From: an uncultured bacterium
GTDB taxonomy: Bacteria > Cyanobacteriota > Vampirovibrionia > Obscuribacterales > Obscuribacteraceae
Assembly: GCA_903835185.1 (NCBI GenBank)
Contig: CAILLX010000133.1
Coordinates: 6,174-70,173 of the forward strand
Direction: 5' to 3'
DNA length: 64,000 bases
The notes below the pieces were generated by a model. It saw only the letters and a program-made list of their open reading frames with translations, was not told the DNA's origin and made no database searches. The first letter of the stretch is position 1. Every line of letters starts with the position of its first letter. The position numbers were made by a program, and so were the translations under genes. This document shows, piece after piece, positions 55,957 to 64,000 of the stretch.

Positions 55957-56131
55957 AAACCACTCCCGCGCTTTGCCTCTAACATTGGCAACCACTACCT
56001 GTGATCTGCCCAAAAGCATATCAGTAAATAGAAATATTAAGAACGCCTTCAGATCACACCTTGTCATATTGACACATTTGGGCTTGACGTCGAGGTGTCA
56101 TACTGACACACTAATAATTGTTGGGGGTGTT

Positions 56132-56416
56132 ATGAAGATCATCAACTGGGAGATTGCCGAGAAGTTCGCCAGGAAACACCCGCTATCCAGAAATCCGCTG
56201 AATTCCTGGCAGCTAACAGTTATCGAAGCCAGTTGGCAAAGCGTGACAGATGTTCGAAGCACATTCAATTCAATGGATTACACAAGAAAAGGGAACTTCC
56301 TTTTCCATCTGCGCACCCATACTTTCAGGTTCGTTGCCAGGATCAATTTCGCTGCACAGACTGTATGGCTTATACAGGTCCTGACACACGCCGAATATGA
56401 CAAGATGGACCTGTAA
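56132..56416 (+). CDS. higB: HigB-family type II toxin (mRNA interferase)
   Basis: 94 aa, MKIINWEIAEKFARKHPLSRNPLNSW...FRFVARINFAAQTVWLIQVLTHAEYDKMDL, with the characteristic THAEYDK C-terminus. Confidence 0.8.
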   Translation: MKIINWEIAEKFARKHPLSRNPLNSWQLTVIEASWQSVTDVRSTFNSMDYTRKGNFLFHLRTHTFRFVARINFAAQTVWLIQVLTHAEYDKMDL

Positions 56417-56442
56417 ACTCAGCACCAGACCAAGGATGGACA

Positions 56443-56889
56443 ATGGTAATGTCAATCAGCAAGGAATATATGAGACTCATCAAACGGTTTCCGCTGCGTC
56501 CCATTCGCACCAAAGCGGACCACGTTGCAGCCATGAAACTGGTTGAGGAATTGATGACCAAAGGTGAAGAGAATTGCACTGTAGACGAGATCGATTATCT
56601 CAGCGTCATTGCGGAACTTATCCAGAATTATGAAAGCACCTTGCCAGGCATCCGGAAGATGCGCGCAGCAGCTGCAGCCATCACGCCAGCAGAAGCGCTA
56701 TCGTTTCTCCTGGAAGAAAATGGGTTGACACAAGTCCACCTATCCGAGGAAATTGGATGTGACCGCCCCAATTTGTCAGCCTTCCTGGCAGGAAGACGCG
56801 GTCTGAGCAAGTCCAATGCCATCAAGCTAGCGGAAAGATTCAAGGTGTCAGTGTCCCTCTTCTTACCAACGCAGCGGGCGGCCGGCTAA
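56443..56889 (+). CDS. higA: HigA-family antitoxin (XRE-type HTH)
   Basis: The C-terminal HTH is LTQVHLSEEIGCDRPNLSAFLAGRRGLSKSNAIKLAERF. The gene starts 26 nt after higB. Confidence 0.8.
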   Translation: MVMSISKEYMRLIKRFPLRPIRTKADHVAAMKLVEELMTKGEENCTVDEIDYLSVIAELIQNYESTLPGIRKMRAAAAAITPAEALSFLLEENGLTQVHLSEEIGCDRPNLSAFLAGRRGLSKSNAIKLAERFKVSVSLFLPTQRAAG

Positions 56890-56910
56890 GGGTTCGGCAA
56901 CTTCCTGATT

Positions 56911-58011
56911 TCAGCGGGAGCGCATCTCTAACGTTGACTGATGTACTGTTGCCAGCAGCTCTCGCAGCAAACCATGATTGCGCAGCTCAGCAAACGGTTT
57001 ATAGGTAACCATATGATAGCGAGCACCTTTGGCGATGAGGTTGCGATCCAGATCATCAAACAGCTCTTCTGCCGAGATTGACTCTCCCACTTGCAAGAAC
57101 GTAACCATTACTTCGCCAGGACCGATCATCTTTCTGGATGCTTCAATAAGCACTTCCTGCAGCGGTTGGCCCATGTTTTCTGCCCCGTCAGTGAGAACCA
57201 GCACTATGCACGGACCAGGATGAGCTTTTCTTGTTCTGAAGTACTCATTTATGACAGCTTGCAGAGGTGTTGCTATGTCTTTTCGCATCCCAGCAGGCTT
57301 TATGTCACCAAACACCTGTCTGAGATCCCAGAGGGTTACATTGGTGCGCACCTGATAAGTCTGGTTAAACAGGACCAGATCAAAACCGTTTTCAAGCAGC
57401 CTCTCAGTGGATAGATAAAGGTTGTCCAGCTGCTGCTTGCACCAGATCCACTTGCTTATATCGCCAGGACAACCAGCATGATTGTCAGCCATCGACTGGC
57501 AACGGTCCAAAAGAATGACTGTATGACAGCGACCAAGAGCCGACAGCTCCTGGTCGAACGCAGTATTGCCAAACACATTAGGAATATTGCGCTTCTCGAA
57601 CGCAGCTTTTAACCCGTACACATCAGTTGCTATTGCTGCTTGATACTGCTTGCCAGCCCGCTCAATAGTGAGAGTCAAAAGACTGGGTTCAGTCCGGATG
57701 TCCAGCACACGGTCTCCCTCGGCAAGCCCTGAATAGGATGCGGAGCTACCAAGAGCAATTTTCACGACTCGAGCTGGCAGATGTCCGCTGCTCAATTTAA
57801 CGCCAGCAGAGGAGCACAAGTAAGAAAGTTCATCAATATGTCCGTAGAGGGTAAGCGGATGTCTGCCAGTCTGCGCATGGCGTGGTGGCACCTGTGGTGC
57901 TGCTTGCGCACTCCACAGCATGCTTGCAATTAACACGATGATCAGACACACACAGACAGGACAGAATCTGTACATCTGAGTTAAAAAACTTTGCAGGTAG
58001 CTGCGACACAT
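56911..58011 (-). CDS. secreted vWA-domain protein with an N-terminal PDZ-like segment
   Basis: Signal/TM segment, GLAEGDRVLDI, and a vWA core VILLDRCQSM...IVLVLTDGAEN. MIDAS reads D-x-C-x-S instead of D-x-S-x-S. Confidence 0.68.
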   Translation of the reverse strand: MCRSYLQSFLTQMYRFCPVCVCLIIVLIASMLWSAQAAPQVPPRHAQTGRHPLTLYGHIDELSYLCSSAGVKLSSGHLPARVVKIALGSSASYSGLAEGDRVLDIRTEPSLLTLTIERAGKQYQAAIATDVYGLKAAFEKRNIPNVFGNTAFDQELSALGRCHTVILLDRCQSMADNHAGCPGDISKWIWCKQQLDNLYLSTERLLENGFDLVLFNQTYQVRTNVTLWDLRQVFGDIKPAGMRKDIATPLQAVINEYFRTRKAHPGPCIVLVLTDGAENMGQPLQEVLIEASRKMIGPGEVMVTFLQVGESISAEELFDDLDRNLIAKGARYHMVTYKPFAELRNHGLLRELLATVHQSTLEMRSR

Positions 58012-58013
58012 TC

Positions 58014-59510
58014 TTATTCCTGCCTCGACTGAACAGGCGCATGTTCGGGAAGCTTCAGCTGTTTAGCCTGCGCGTGCAACTGTTTGGCGCCTGCTTTGGC
58101 AGATCTATTGTTCGCAGCGGGTGTAAGCTCTGTGCGATCCCCAAAGTTAACATAGTTGCGAACATAGAAATTAGTCCCAAGCGGCACCATTTGAATATTG
58201 CCGCTTGGATGTTTCAACTGGCTGTTCATCTGCCCTGCTTGCAGAACCATACCGCCCAAGCGCTCCTTTGCCCTGGCTATCAAACTGTCAATATCCCTGT
58301 TATAGCTCTCCTGCAACTCTTGAATACGCTTCTGCGTTGCCTCTGTTACCTGGGAAATCTCTTGCTCCGACCGCGACAAATTGTTTGGGTCAGATCGTGG
58401 AAACTTAGCCGATGCTATGTGGTAAGCAGGATTAGTCTGCTGAGTAGCTGTCGACGTGGTGGCATTAGCTTGAATTGCAGCTATGTCTAGAATCAGTCGT
58501 GCCTTCACCTGATAAGTCTGCTGGTCAAGCCAGTCCTGCTTGTTCTCAATAGCGCTTTTCAGCTGCGAGAAAGTCTGTTTGGACAGAGTGCGTGCTGCGG
58601 GCTGATAGACGCTCAATTCGCCAAAGACATCTCTTATAGTCATAAATTTGGCAGTAAGCTCAGGCTTTATATCAGTGCCAAATGGATCAAACGGTTTGTC
58701 TGATTTCAAATAGTCAGTGAGAGAACCCAACGCTGCCTTACTGTCATCAATTTTCTCCTGCGGCAGCGCCGGCGCTGCTCTGGCATCTATCTTGTCTGGC
58801 GCAAGCATACGGCTTTCAAGACGGATCTCTTTAGTTTGCATCTCTTGCAACTTGTTCTCTGCCTCGCGACGCAACCGCTCCAGGGTGCTGGGATAGGCAA
58901 TGTTATTTCTGCGGTTCAAAGACAACATATCATCTATTGTCTGCTCAAGAAGCCTGTCTACTCGGCTCTTGAGCCCGGCGCGCTGGTTTTGAATAGACTT
59001 GACTGCCTCATTAAAGCTTTTGTCCAGCGCTGCCTGTGACATCAACGAATCGGAGGCAGCCTCAGCAGCAGCCTTGCTCTGCGGTTGCAACGCTCTGGGA
59101 GTCTGTGGTGGCTCAGCCACAGAACCGGTAGACAGGCTTTCCAAAGCAGCAAGAGAGTAGCGCCCTGCCTGGCTGGCTGCCGCCACACGTACACAAGCTG
59201 AGTACATGTGAGCCGCCTGCTCTTTATTACCTGTCTTTAAATAGCAGTTGCCAAGATAGTAATAGACATCGCCGTCTTCTGGTGACAGTCTCGCTCGTGC
59301 AGACAGGAGCTGGATGGCACCAGGATAGTCGCCATGCTGGTAGGCAGCAATGCCCTTACCAGCCAGCGCTTTGGGATCCGGCTCAACAACATTGACTGCC
59401 ATAACTGCTGGAGGGCAGGAACTGACAAACAAATAGATTACTAACAAGTAACTGAACAGAGAAAATTTGAGCATTACGCCACAAATACTACTCATCCTAT
59501 CTATTAACAC
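58014..59510 (-). CDS. secreted TPR plus coiled-coil protein
   Basis: Signal peptide, two or three TPR units (GIAAYQHGDYPGAIQLL; YYYLGNCYLKTGNKEQAAHMY), then long helical Gln/Glu/Lys-rich sequence. Only 2 nt separate it from the vWA gene. Confidence 0.55.
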   Translation of the reverse strand: MLIDRMSSICGVMLKFSLFSYLLVIYLFVSSCPPAVMAVNVVEPDPKALAGKGIAAYQHGDYPGAIQLLSARARLSPEDGDVYYYLGNCYLKTGNKEQAAHMYSACVRVAAASQAGRYSLAALESLSTGSVAEPPQTPRALQPQSKAAAEAASDSLMSQAALDKSFNEAVKSIQNQRAGLKSRVDRLLEQTIDDMLSLNRRNNIAYPSTLERLRREAENKLQEMQTKEIRLESRMLAPDKIDARAAPALPQEKIDDSKAALGSLTDYLKSDKPFDPFGTDIKPELTAKFMTIRDVFGELSVYQPAARTLSKQTFSQLKSAIENKQDWLDQQTYQVKARLILDIAAIQANATTSTATQQTNPAYHIASAKFPRSDPNNLSRSEQEISQVTEATQKRIQELQESYNRDIDSLIARAKERLGGMVLQAGQMNSQLKHPSGNIQMVPLGTNFYVRNYVNFGDRTELTPAANNRSAKAGAKQLHAQAKQLKLPEHAPVQSRQE

Positions 59511-59680
59511 TCAAGACATATTCCACATACTACCTTGATTCATTCCATAGACAATTACATTCTCAGAAAAGCTACCTACGGTAATTCAGCGGGAGATTCA
59601 CCGCAAGCTTTGCGGAGAATCGGCTTGTCGTTGCGGCGATTACAAGATATAATCACCGCAGCACTTGCGGAGTTTATGGC

Positions 59681-60805
59681 TTGTATATTCATGAACTACA
59701 TGACTGGCCACTGTTCCGCTGGAGTAATGAGGCTCTGGCGAGACAGTTGTCCAATGTTCGTCATAAGCAGGGCCGACTCATCGGGCAAATGGAAGCGCTC
59801 GGATTCAAGCTTCAACAGGAAGCCAATTTTCAGACCCTCACACTGGATGTTTTGAAAACGAGCGAGATAGAAGGACAAGTTCTCAATCCAGAGCAAGTTC
59901 GATCTTCACTGTCGCGACGACTCGGGATCGATATTGCCTCAATCCCGCCAATCGACCGCGAAGTTGACGGGCTCGTCGCCATGATGCTTGATGCAACCCA
60001 AAACTTTCAAAGCCCCCTCACAGCCGAACGGTTGTTTGGCTGGCACGCCGCGCTGTTTCCAACTGGATGGAGTGGAATGCATCGAGTCAAAGTGGGTGGC
60101 TGGCGCGACGACAGCACAGGTCCTATGCAAGTGGTATCCGGCGTTGTCGGACGCGAGCAGGTACACTTTCAGGCACCACCGGCAGAACTACTCGCCAACG
60201 CCATGCGCAAGTTCTTTGAGTGGTTTGAACATGGTCCTGAAATAGATCCTGTCCTTAAGTCCGGCATCGCGCACCTTTGGTTTGTTACCATTCACCCATT
60301 CGACGATGGAAACGGCCGCATTGCACGCGCAATCGCAGATATGGCTCTGGCACGTTCGGAGCAAATTAAACAACGTTTTTATAGCATGTCCGCACAGATT
60401 CGCACTGAGCGGAAAGCTTACTATGACGTGCTTGAAAGAACACAGCAAGGGACGATGGATGTAACACCATGGTTAGAATGGTTTTTCGACTGCCTGGAGA
60501 GAGCAATTGATGGAGCACAGGGCACACAAGCTGCAGTCCTTCGCAAAGCACAATTCTGGGAAGCTGCCACAGTGATTCCAATTAATGCTCGCCAACGTCT
60601 CGTTCTCAATCGCCTTCTTGATTGTTTTGACGGCAAGCTCACATCCTCAAAATGGGCGAAACTGACAAAGTGCTCTCAAGATACCGCTCTGCGTGACATA
60701 CTCAATCTCGTGAGACGCGGCGTACTAACGAAAGCTGAATCGGGTGGCCGCAGCACAAGCTACTCTATTGCAGAGTCGTTCTGTCCGGCAGTTAAAAGTA
60801 GCTGA
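59681..60805 (+). CDS. Fic-family protein (DUF4172 N-terminus, canonical active site)
   Basis: HDWPLFRW N-terminal motif, TSEIEGQ, canonical IHPFDDGNGRIARA motif, and a C-terminal wHTH-like region. TTG start. Confidence 0.88.
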   Translation: MYIHELHDWPLFRWSNEALARQLSNVRHKQGRLIGQMEALGFKLQQEANFQTLTLDVLKTSEIEGQVLNPEQVRSSLSRRLGIDIASIPPIDREVDGLVAMMLDATQNFQSPLTAERLFGWHAALFPTGWSGMHRVKVGGWRDDSTGPMQVVSGVVGREQVHFQAPPAELLANAMRKFFEWFEHGPEIDPVLKSGIAHLWFVTIHPFDDGNGRIARAIADMALARSEQIKQRFYSMSAQIRTERKAYYDVLERTQQGTMDVTPWLEWFFDCLERAIDGAQGTQAAVLRKAQFWEAATVIPINARQRLVLNRLLDCFDGKLTSSKWAKLTKCSQDTALRDILNLVRRGVLTKAESGGRSTSYSIAESFCPAVKSS

Positions 60806-60893
60806 TGGCTCTGGGATCATCTAAGTGAGCAGGTGGACCATGCGTGTGCCACTTACTCAGTCGAGCAATTTGGACCGAGAAGCTCAAGTCCAA

Positions 60894-61325
60894 TTAGAGC
60901 GCTGCAGCTCCTGCTTCAGCCACAGAGTGATCTTGTTCGCCTGAGCCGCCGCTCACTCCAATAGCACCTACTATCTTTCCACCTTTGCGTAACGGAATGC
61001 CGCCAGCAAAGATCATTATCCGTCCATCATTGGAAGCATGAATACCGAAAAACTGCCCGCCTGACTGACAGTGCTCAGCCAGGTCACGGGTGGCTATATC
61101 GAAGGCTCGTGATGTATAAGCCTTCTTGATAGAAATATCTACGCTTCCCAACCAGGCTCCATCCATACGTACATGAGCAACCAGATTTCCGCCTTCGTCA
61201 GCGACTGCAATATTCATCGGTTGTCCAATTTCGGCCGCTTTCTTTTCGGCTGCTGCTATCACCCGCCGTGCATCTGCAAGAGTCACCATTGCTGCTTTCT
61301 CCTTATTGTGCGCTCCAGTAGCCAC
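60894..61325 (-). CDS. GlcG/HbpS-family (DUF336) haem-binding-like protein
   Basis: VADEGGNLVAHVRMDGAWLGSVDISIKKAYTSRAF and GGIPL..GGKIVGAIGVSGGSGEQD motifs. Confidence 0.75.
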   Translation of the reverse strand: MATGAHNKEKAAMVTLADARRVIAAAEKKAAEIGQPMNIAVADEGGNLVAHVRMDGAWLGSVDISIKKAYTSRAFDIATRDLAEHCQSGGQFFGIHASNDGRIMIFAGGIPLRKGGKIVGAIGVSGGSGEQDHSVAEAGAAAL

Positions 61326-61719
61326 AAAGGTAATGCACCCTTGTAAACACCTTCAACAATCCTTGTATGATACCAGAGCAGGTGGCAATCTACGCTGACA
61401 GCCCAGTCGCCCGGAGGCTGCTGCTAAATTGCTGGACAAAGTCTCATATCTGGCTCATTCACCATCAAGCATTCTGCTTGCTAGCGAAAATGCATTTGTC
61501 ATACAAGATCGGATTTAACCAACTTCGTAATGTGTATATATTAAGACGAAACATTAAGTGTGATATACCTATAATATGGGGTAAACACATAGTATGTTTT
61601 AGAAAGAAATAGCGGCTTTTTTTTGGTGGTCGGAGTCTTCAGTTGTTAAGCAGTGGCACTTAACTCTGTTAAGTACATCTGTTTGTTCCACCATTCATTC
61701 GCCAGGGAGCACCAGGACG

Positions 61720-64000
61720 ATGCGTTATGGTTACCAGGATTCTGCAAGTCTGAGGCTCTCCAGAAGCTGGGGAGCTTGTTTAGTAGCTTGCTTCTTTTTT
61801 CTAACCACTGTATGCATGCCGTTCGTAGCATGCGCTCAGCAAGCAACTAGTGGAAGTGGCGCCAATGGCGCCACTTCGCCAGTCCAAACTGGAGCGAGCC
61901 ACTCAACAGCCTGGTCGAGCCGGACTGCTACACCCCACAGCATTAATCTCGATCTATCCTCAACCAATGCTTCTGTCGTTTCCCACAATAAGGCTCCTGT
62001 GACCATCCTGGAAGCTGGCAATTCTAGAACCATCTCTGCTGGCACCGTGCTCACCCCCGCTGAGCGCTTAGCCGTGACCCAAACCTTAAGAACCGGGCAG
62101 CAACAAATTCAGCTAGGCTTAAACGGCAGTGCAGTTGGTGGCAGCTTTGTTATCAGTTCAAGGATGAGCCAGCTCGTAAACTCCCTGGTGATCCCATCTG
62201 GCGTGACCGCAATTGGCAATGTAAGCAAGACTGCAACTCTTAATCTTTCTGGCAATCTGACAAACGCCGGCACCCTTTACGTTGTCTCTTCCAACCCGGC
62301 ACTTACTACCGCAACCATTAGCGCAGCTAACATCACCAACCAGATGGGAGCACTCCTGACGACAGTACTGCCTGCCAGCGGGCTGCCCGGCTTTAGCAAC
62401 CTGCTCAGTAGCTTAAATTTAAACCTCACTGCAATTCAGAACATTGTCAATGCCGGAATCATCTCCAGCTCAGCTAGCCTAACTGCTAAAGCTGGGGGCT
62501 CAATTATTAACGCATTGCCTGCCGGTATGACCGGACCATCTCCTGTCATGCAAGCAGTCAACAACATTACCTTGCAATCTCAAGCTGGCAATTTTGCCAA
62601 CGCTGGGCTTATTGCCTCCCAGACTGGCAACATTAATTTCACGACCGGGCAGATGATAAGCAACCTGCTTATGAACAATGCTGGCGGAACTCTCCAGGCA
62701 TTAAATGGCACTATCAATTTTGGAACTTCTGGCTCAAACGCACTAACCAATTTGACCATAAGCGGCGGCGACTTTATTTCCAAACAACTCAATTTTAATA
62801 GTGGACAAGGCACAGTGACAGCGGACCTTGGTCAGGTGACCGGCACAATGAACGTATCAGCCGAACAGGCGCACATATTCGCCGACTCAAATAATCTTGT
62901 TTTAGGGAACGACTGCATAACCGGCGACCCAACTTTTGTGAGTACAGGAAACATTTCAATAGCTGGTCCAGTTACCGCTGGCGAAAGCCTGGCAATAATA
63001 GCTGGCGGCAATATCACTGCTTCATCCTCGACAGCATCAATTAGCACATCGGCAAGCACTGGTTCCAACATAGTGTTAATCGCCGGAGCTACACTCACAT
63101 GCAGTGGTTGCGGTACGTCTTCGTCTTTGTCTGGCAGTTACGCCAGTGGGTCAGGCATTACTTCTGCTCAAACAGCAAGCGTTAGCTTCACCAGCAGCAA
63201 CGGAGGCAACATTGACCTCACAGGTGGACTGACCAGCGGGACCATCATTGACACTCATGCCACTGGCACAAATGCTGCTGGCGGCAATGTGACTTTACTG
63301 GCATACAGCAACAATTCAAGTAATGGATATATTGCCCTGCCCAGCGGAGCTGGGATTAACACAGCAGGTACCGGCTCCGGCGCTAATGGCTCTGTTGTAA
63401 TGTACGCAGGAGGCGTGAATGGCAGCAATTATGGCATTTCAGTTGGCAACATTCAGACAACAACAGGGAGTAGCACAGGGACGGTCGGTAGTATTACGCT
63501 CGCAACCGCACAGCCGGTAGCAACAAACCTGTCTTTCAGCTATCAAGGAACTCAGTCAGGTACAATCACAAACTCCGGCACGATAATATCCAACGCAGCA
63601 ATAACTGCTGGCAACCTTACGACTCAAGGTGGTGCTGTATCAATTACTTCTGGAGCTGCTCTTAACGTTGGTGGTGTCAACACGGCTGGTAGCGCCGGCA
63701 GCGGCGGCAATGGCGGGAATATCACTCTTGCCTCAGTTTTCGGCGGCGTGAATATTAGTAGCAATATCAACAGTTCCGGTAGCGCCGGTGGCACCGGAGG
63801 GACTGGTGGAGCTGGTGGTGCTGTATTGCTGAATGCACCAGCCGGTAATATTAGCCTCACAGGGACCATTAACACTTCCGGCGGCGCTGGTGGCTCTGGC
63901 GCAGCGGCTTCCAGCGGCGGCACAGGCGGCGTCGGCGGGGCCATTTCATTGCTTGCCAGCTCAATTGCTCTGTCAGGTCCCGGCAATATCACCAGCAACG
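61720..64000 (+). CDS. large secreted beta-helix/adhesin-like repeat protein, 5' part (runs off the window)
   Basis: Hand translation from ATG 61720 gives signal peptide MRYGYQDSASLRLSRSWGACLVACFFFLTTVCMPFVACAQQ. More than 700 uninterrupted codons follow, rich in G/N/S/T/A with (L/I)-x-(L/I/V)-x-x-x-G-N-I periodicity and GGxGG runs near the end. It is not in the ORF track because no stop is reached. Confidence 0.7.
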   Translation, partial: MRYGYQDSASLRLSRSWGACLVACFFFLTTVCMPFVACAQQATSGSGANGATSPVQTGASHSTAWSSRTATPHSINLDLSSTNASVVSHNKAPVTILEAGNSRTISAGTVLTPAERLAVTQTLRTGQQQIQLGLNGSAVGGSFVISSRMSQLVNSLVIPSGVTAIGNVSKTATLNLSGNLTNAGTLYVVSSNPALTTATISAANITNQMGALLTTVLPASGLPGFSNLLSSLNLNLTAIQNIVNAGIISSSASLTAKAGGSIINALPAGMTGPSPVMQAVNNITLQSQAGNFANAGLIASQTGNINFTTGQMISNLLMNNAGGTLQALNGTINFGTSGSNALTNLTISGGDFISKQLNFNSGQGTVTADLGQVTGTMNVSAEQAHIFADSNNLVLGNDCITGDPTFVSTGNISIAGPVTAGESLAIIAGGNITASSSTASISTSASTGSNIVLIAGATLTCSGCGTSSSLSGSYASGSGITSAQTASVSFTSSNGGNIDLTGGLTSGTIIDTHATGTNAAGGNVTLLAYSNNSSNGYIALPSGAGINTAGTGSGANGSVVMYAGGVNGSNYGISVGNIQTTTGSSTGTVGSITLATAQPVATNLSFSYQGTQSGTITNSGTIISNAAITAGNLTTQGGAVSITSGAALNVGGVNTAGSAGSGGNGGNITLASVFGGVNISSNINSSGSAGGTGGTGGAGGAVLLNAPAGNISLTGTINTSGGAGGSGAAASSGGTGGVGGAISLLASSIALSGPGNITSN

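Noticed and set aside
61836-63998. Minus-strand ORFs 61836-62054, 62580-62813, 62832-63098 and 63624-63998 (Pro/Ala/Val-rich translations)
   Set aside because: They are antisense shadows of the G/N/S/T-rich plus-strand adhesin frame. They have no start context and their composition mirrors GGN/GCN codon periodicity.

Overview
64-kb chromosomal segment from a diderm bacterium, shown by an lptC/lptA/lptB/lptFG LPS-transport cluster. Base composition looks roughly balanced by eye, and the lineage cannot be fixed from the sequence alone. I can support about 55 protein-coding genes, one tRNA truncated by the left edge, two gene remnants and a family of REP/REPIN-like palindromic repeats. There is no rRNA and no CRISPR array. 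Housekeeping genes: YfhO-like membrane protein, a stand-alone nuoN/ndhB, carA, a HAD hydrolase, the lpt cluster, PEBP, aroK and aroQ, an aminotransferase, malQ and an NCS2 purine permease. Accessory content worth a second look: (1) A decayed island at about 15.9-24.5 kb, directly after aroQ. It holds a tyrosine-recombinase remnant with an in-frame stop, a wHTH-Fic gene behind six phased palindromic operator copies, a RelE/ParE-like remnant, a 925-aa orphan repeat protein, an RHH-fusion protein and a patatin-like phospholipase fused to a TIR domain. This is my best candidate for an undescribed conflict/defence module. (2) A radical-SAM/SPASM maturase preceded by an unannotated 55-codon ORF (candidate RiPP precursor). 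It lies divergent from a TonB-dependent-receptor-like gene with a Met/Gly/Ser-rich tract, a TonB-C-only protein and a CsoR-family repressor with a CCCH tail. (3) A signal-peptide AMMECR1-like / thioester alpha-2-macroglobulin / VanW operon, divergent from a Tat-signal transpeptidase-only PBP. (4) A seven-gene minus-strand cluster: SPFH-SHOCT, two DUF4178 proteins, DUF350, a membrane-fused spermidine-synthase-like enzyme, an FAD amine-oxidase-like enzyme and AdoMet decarboxylase. (5) The REP-like element family, including one copy in-frame inside the YfhO CDS and one copy with an internal tandem expansion. A large beta-helix-type surface protein runs off the right edge. All family assignments come from motif recognition by eye; no database search was run.
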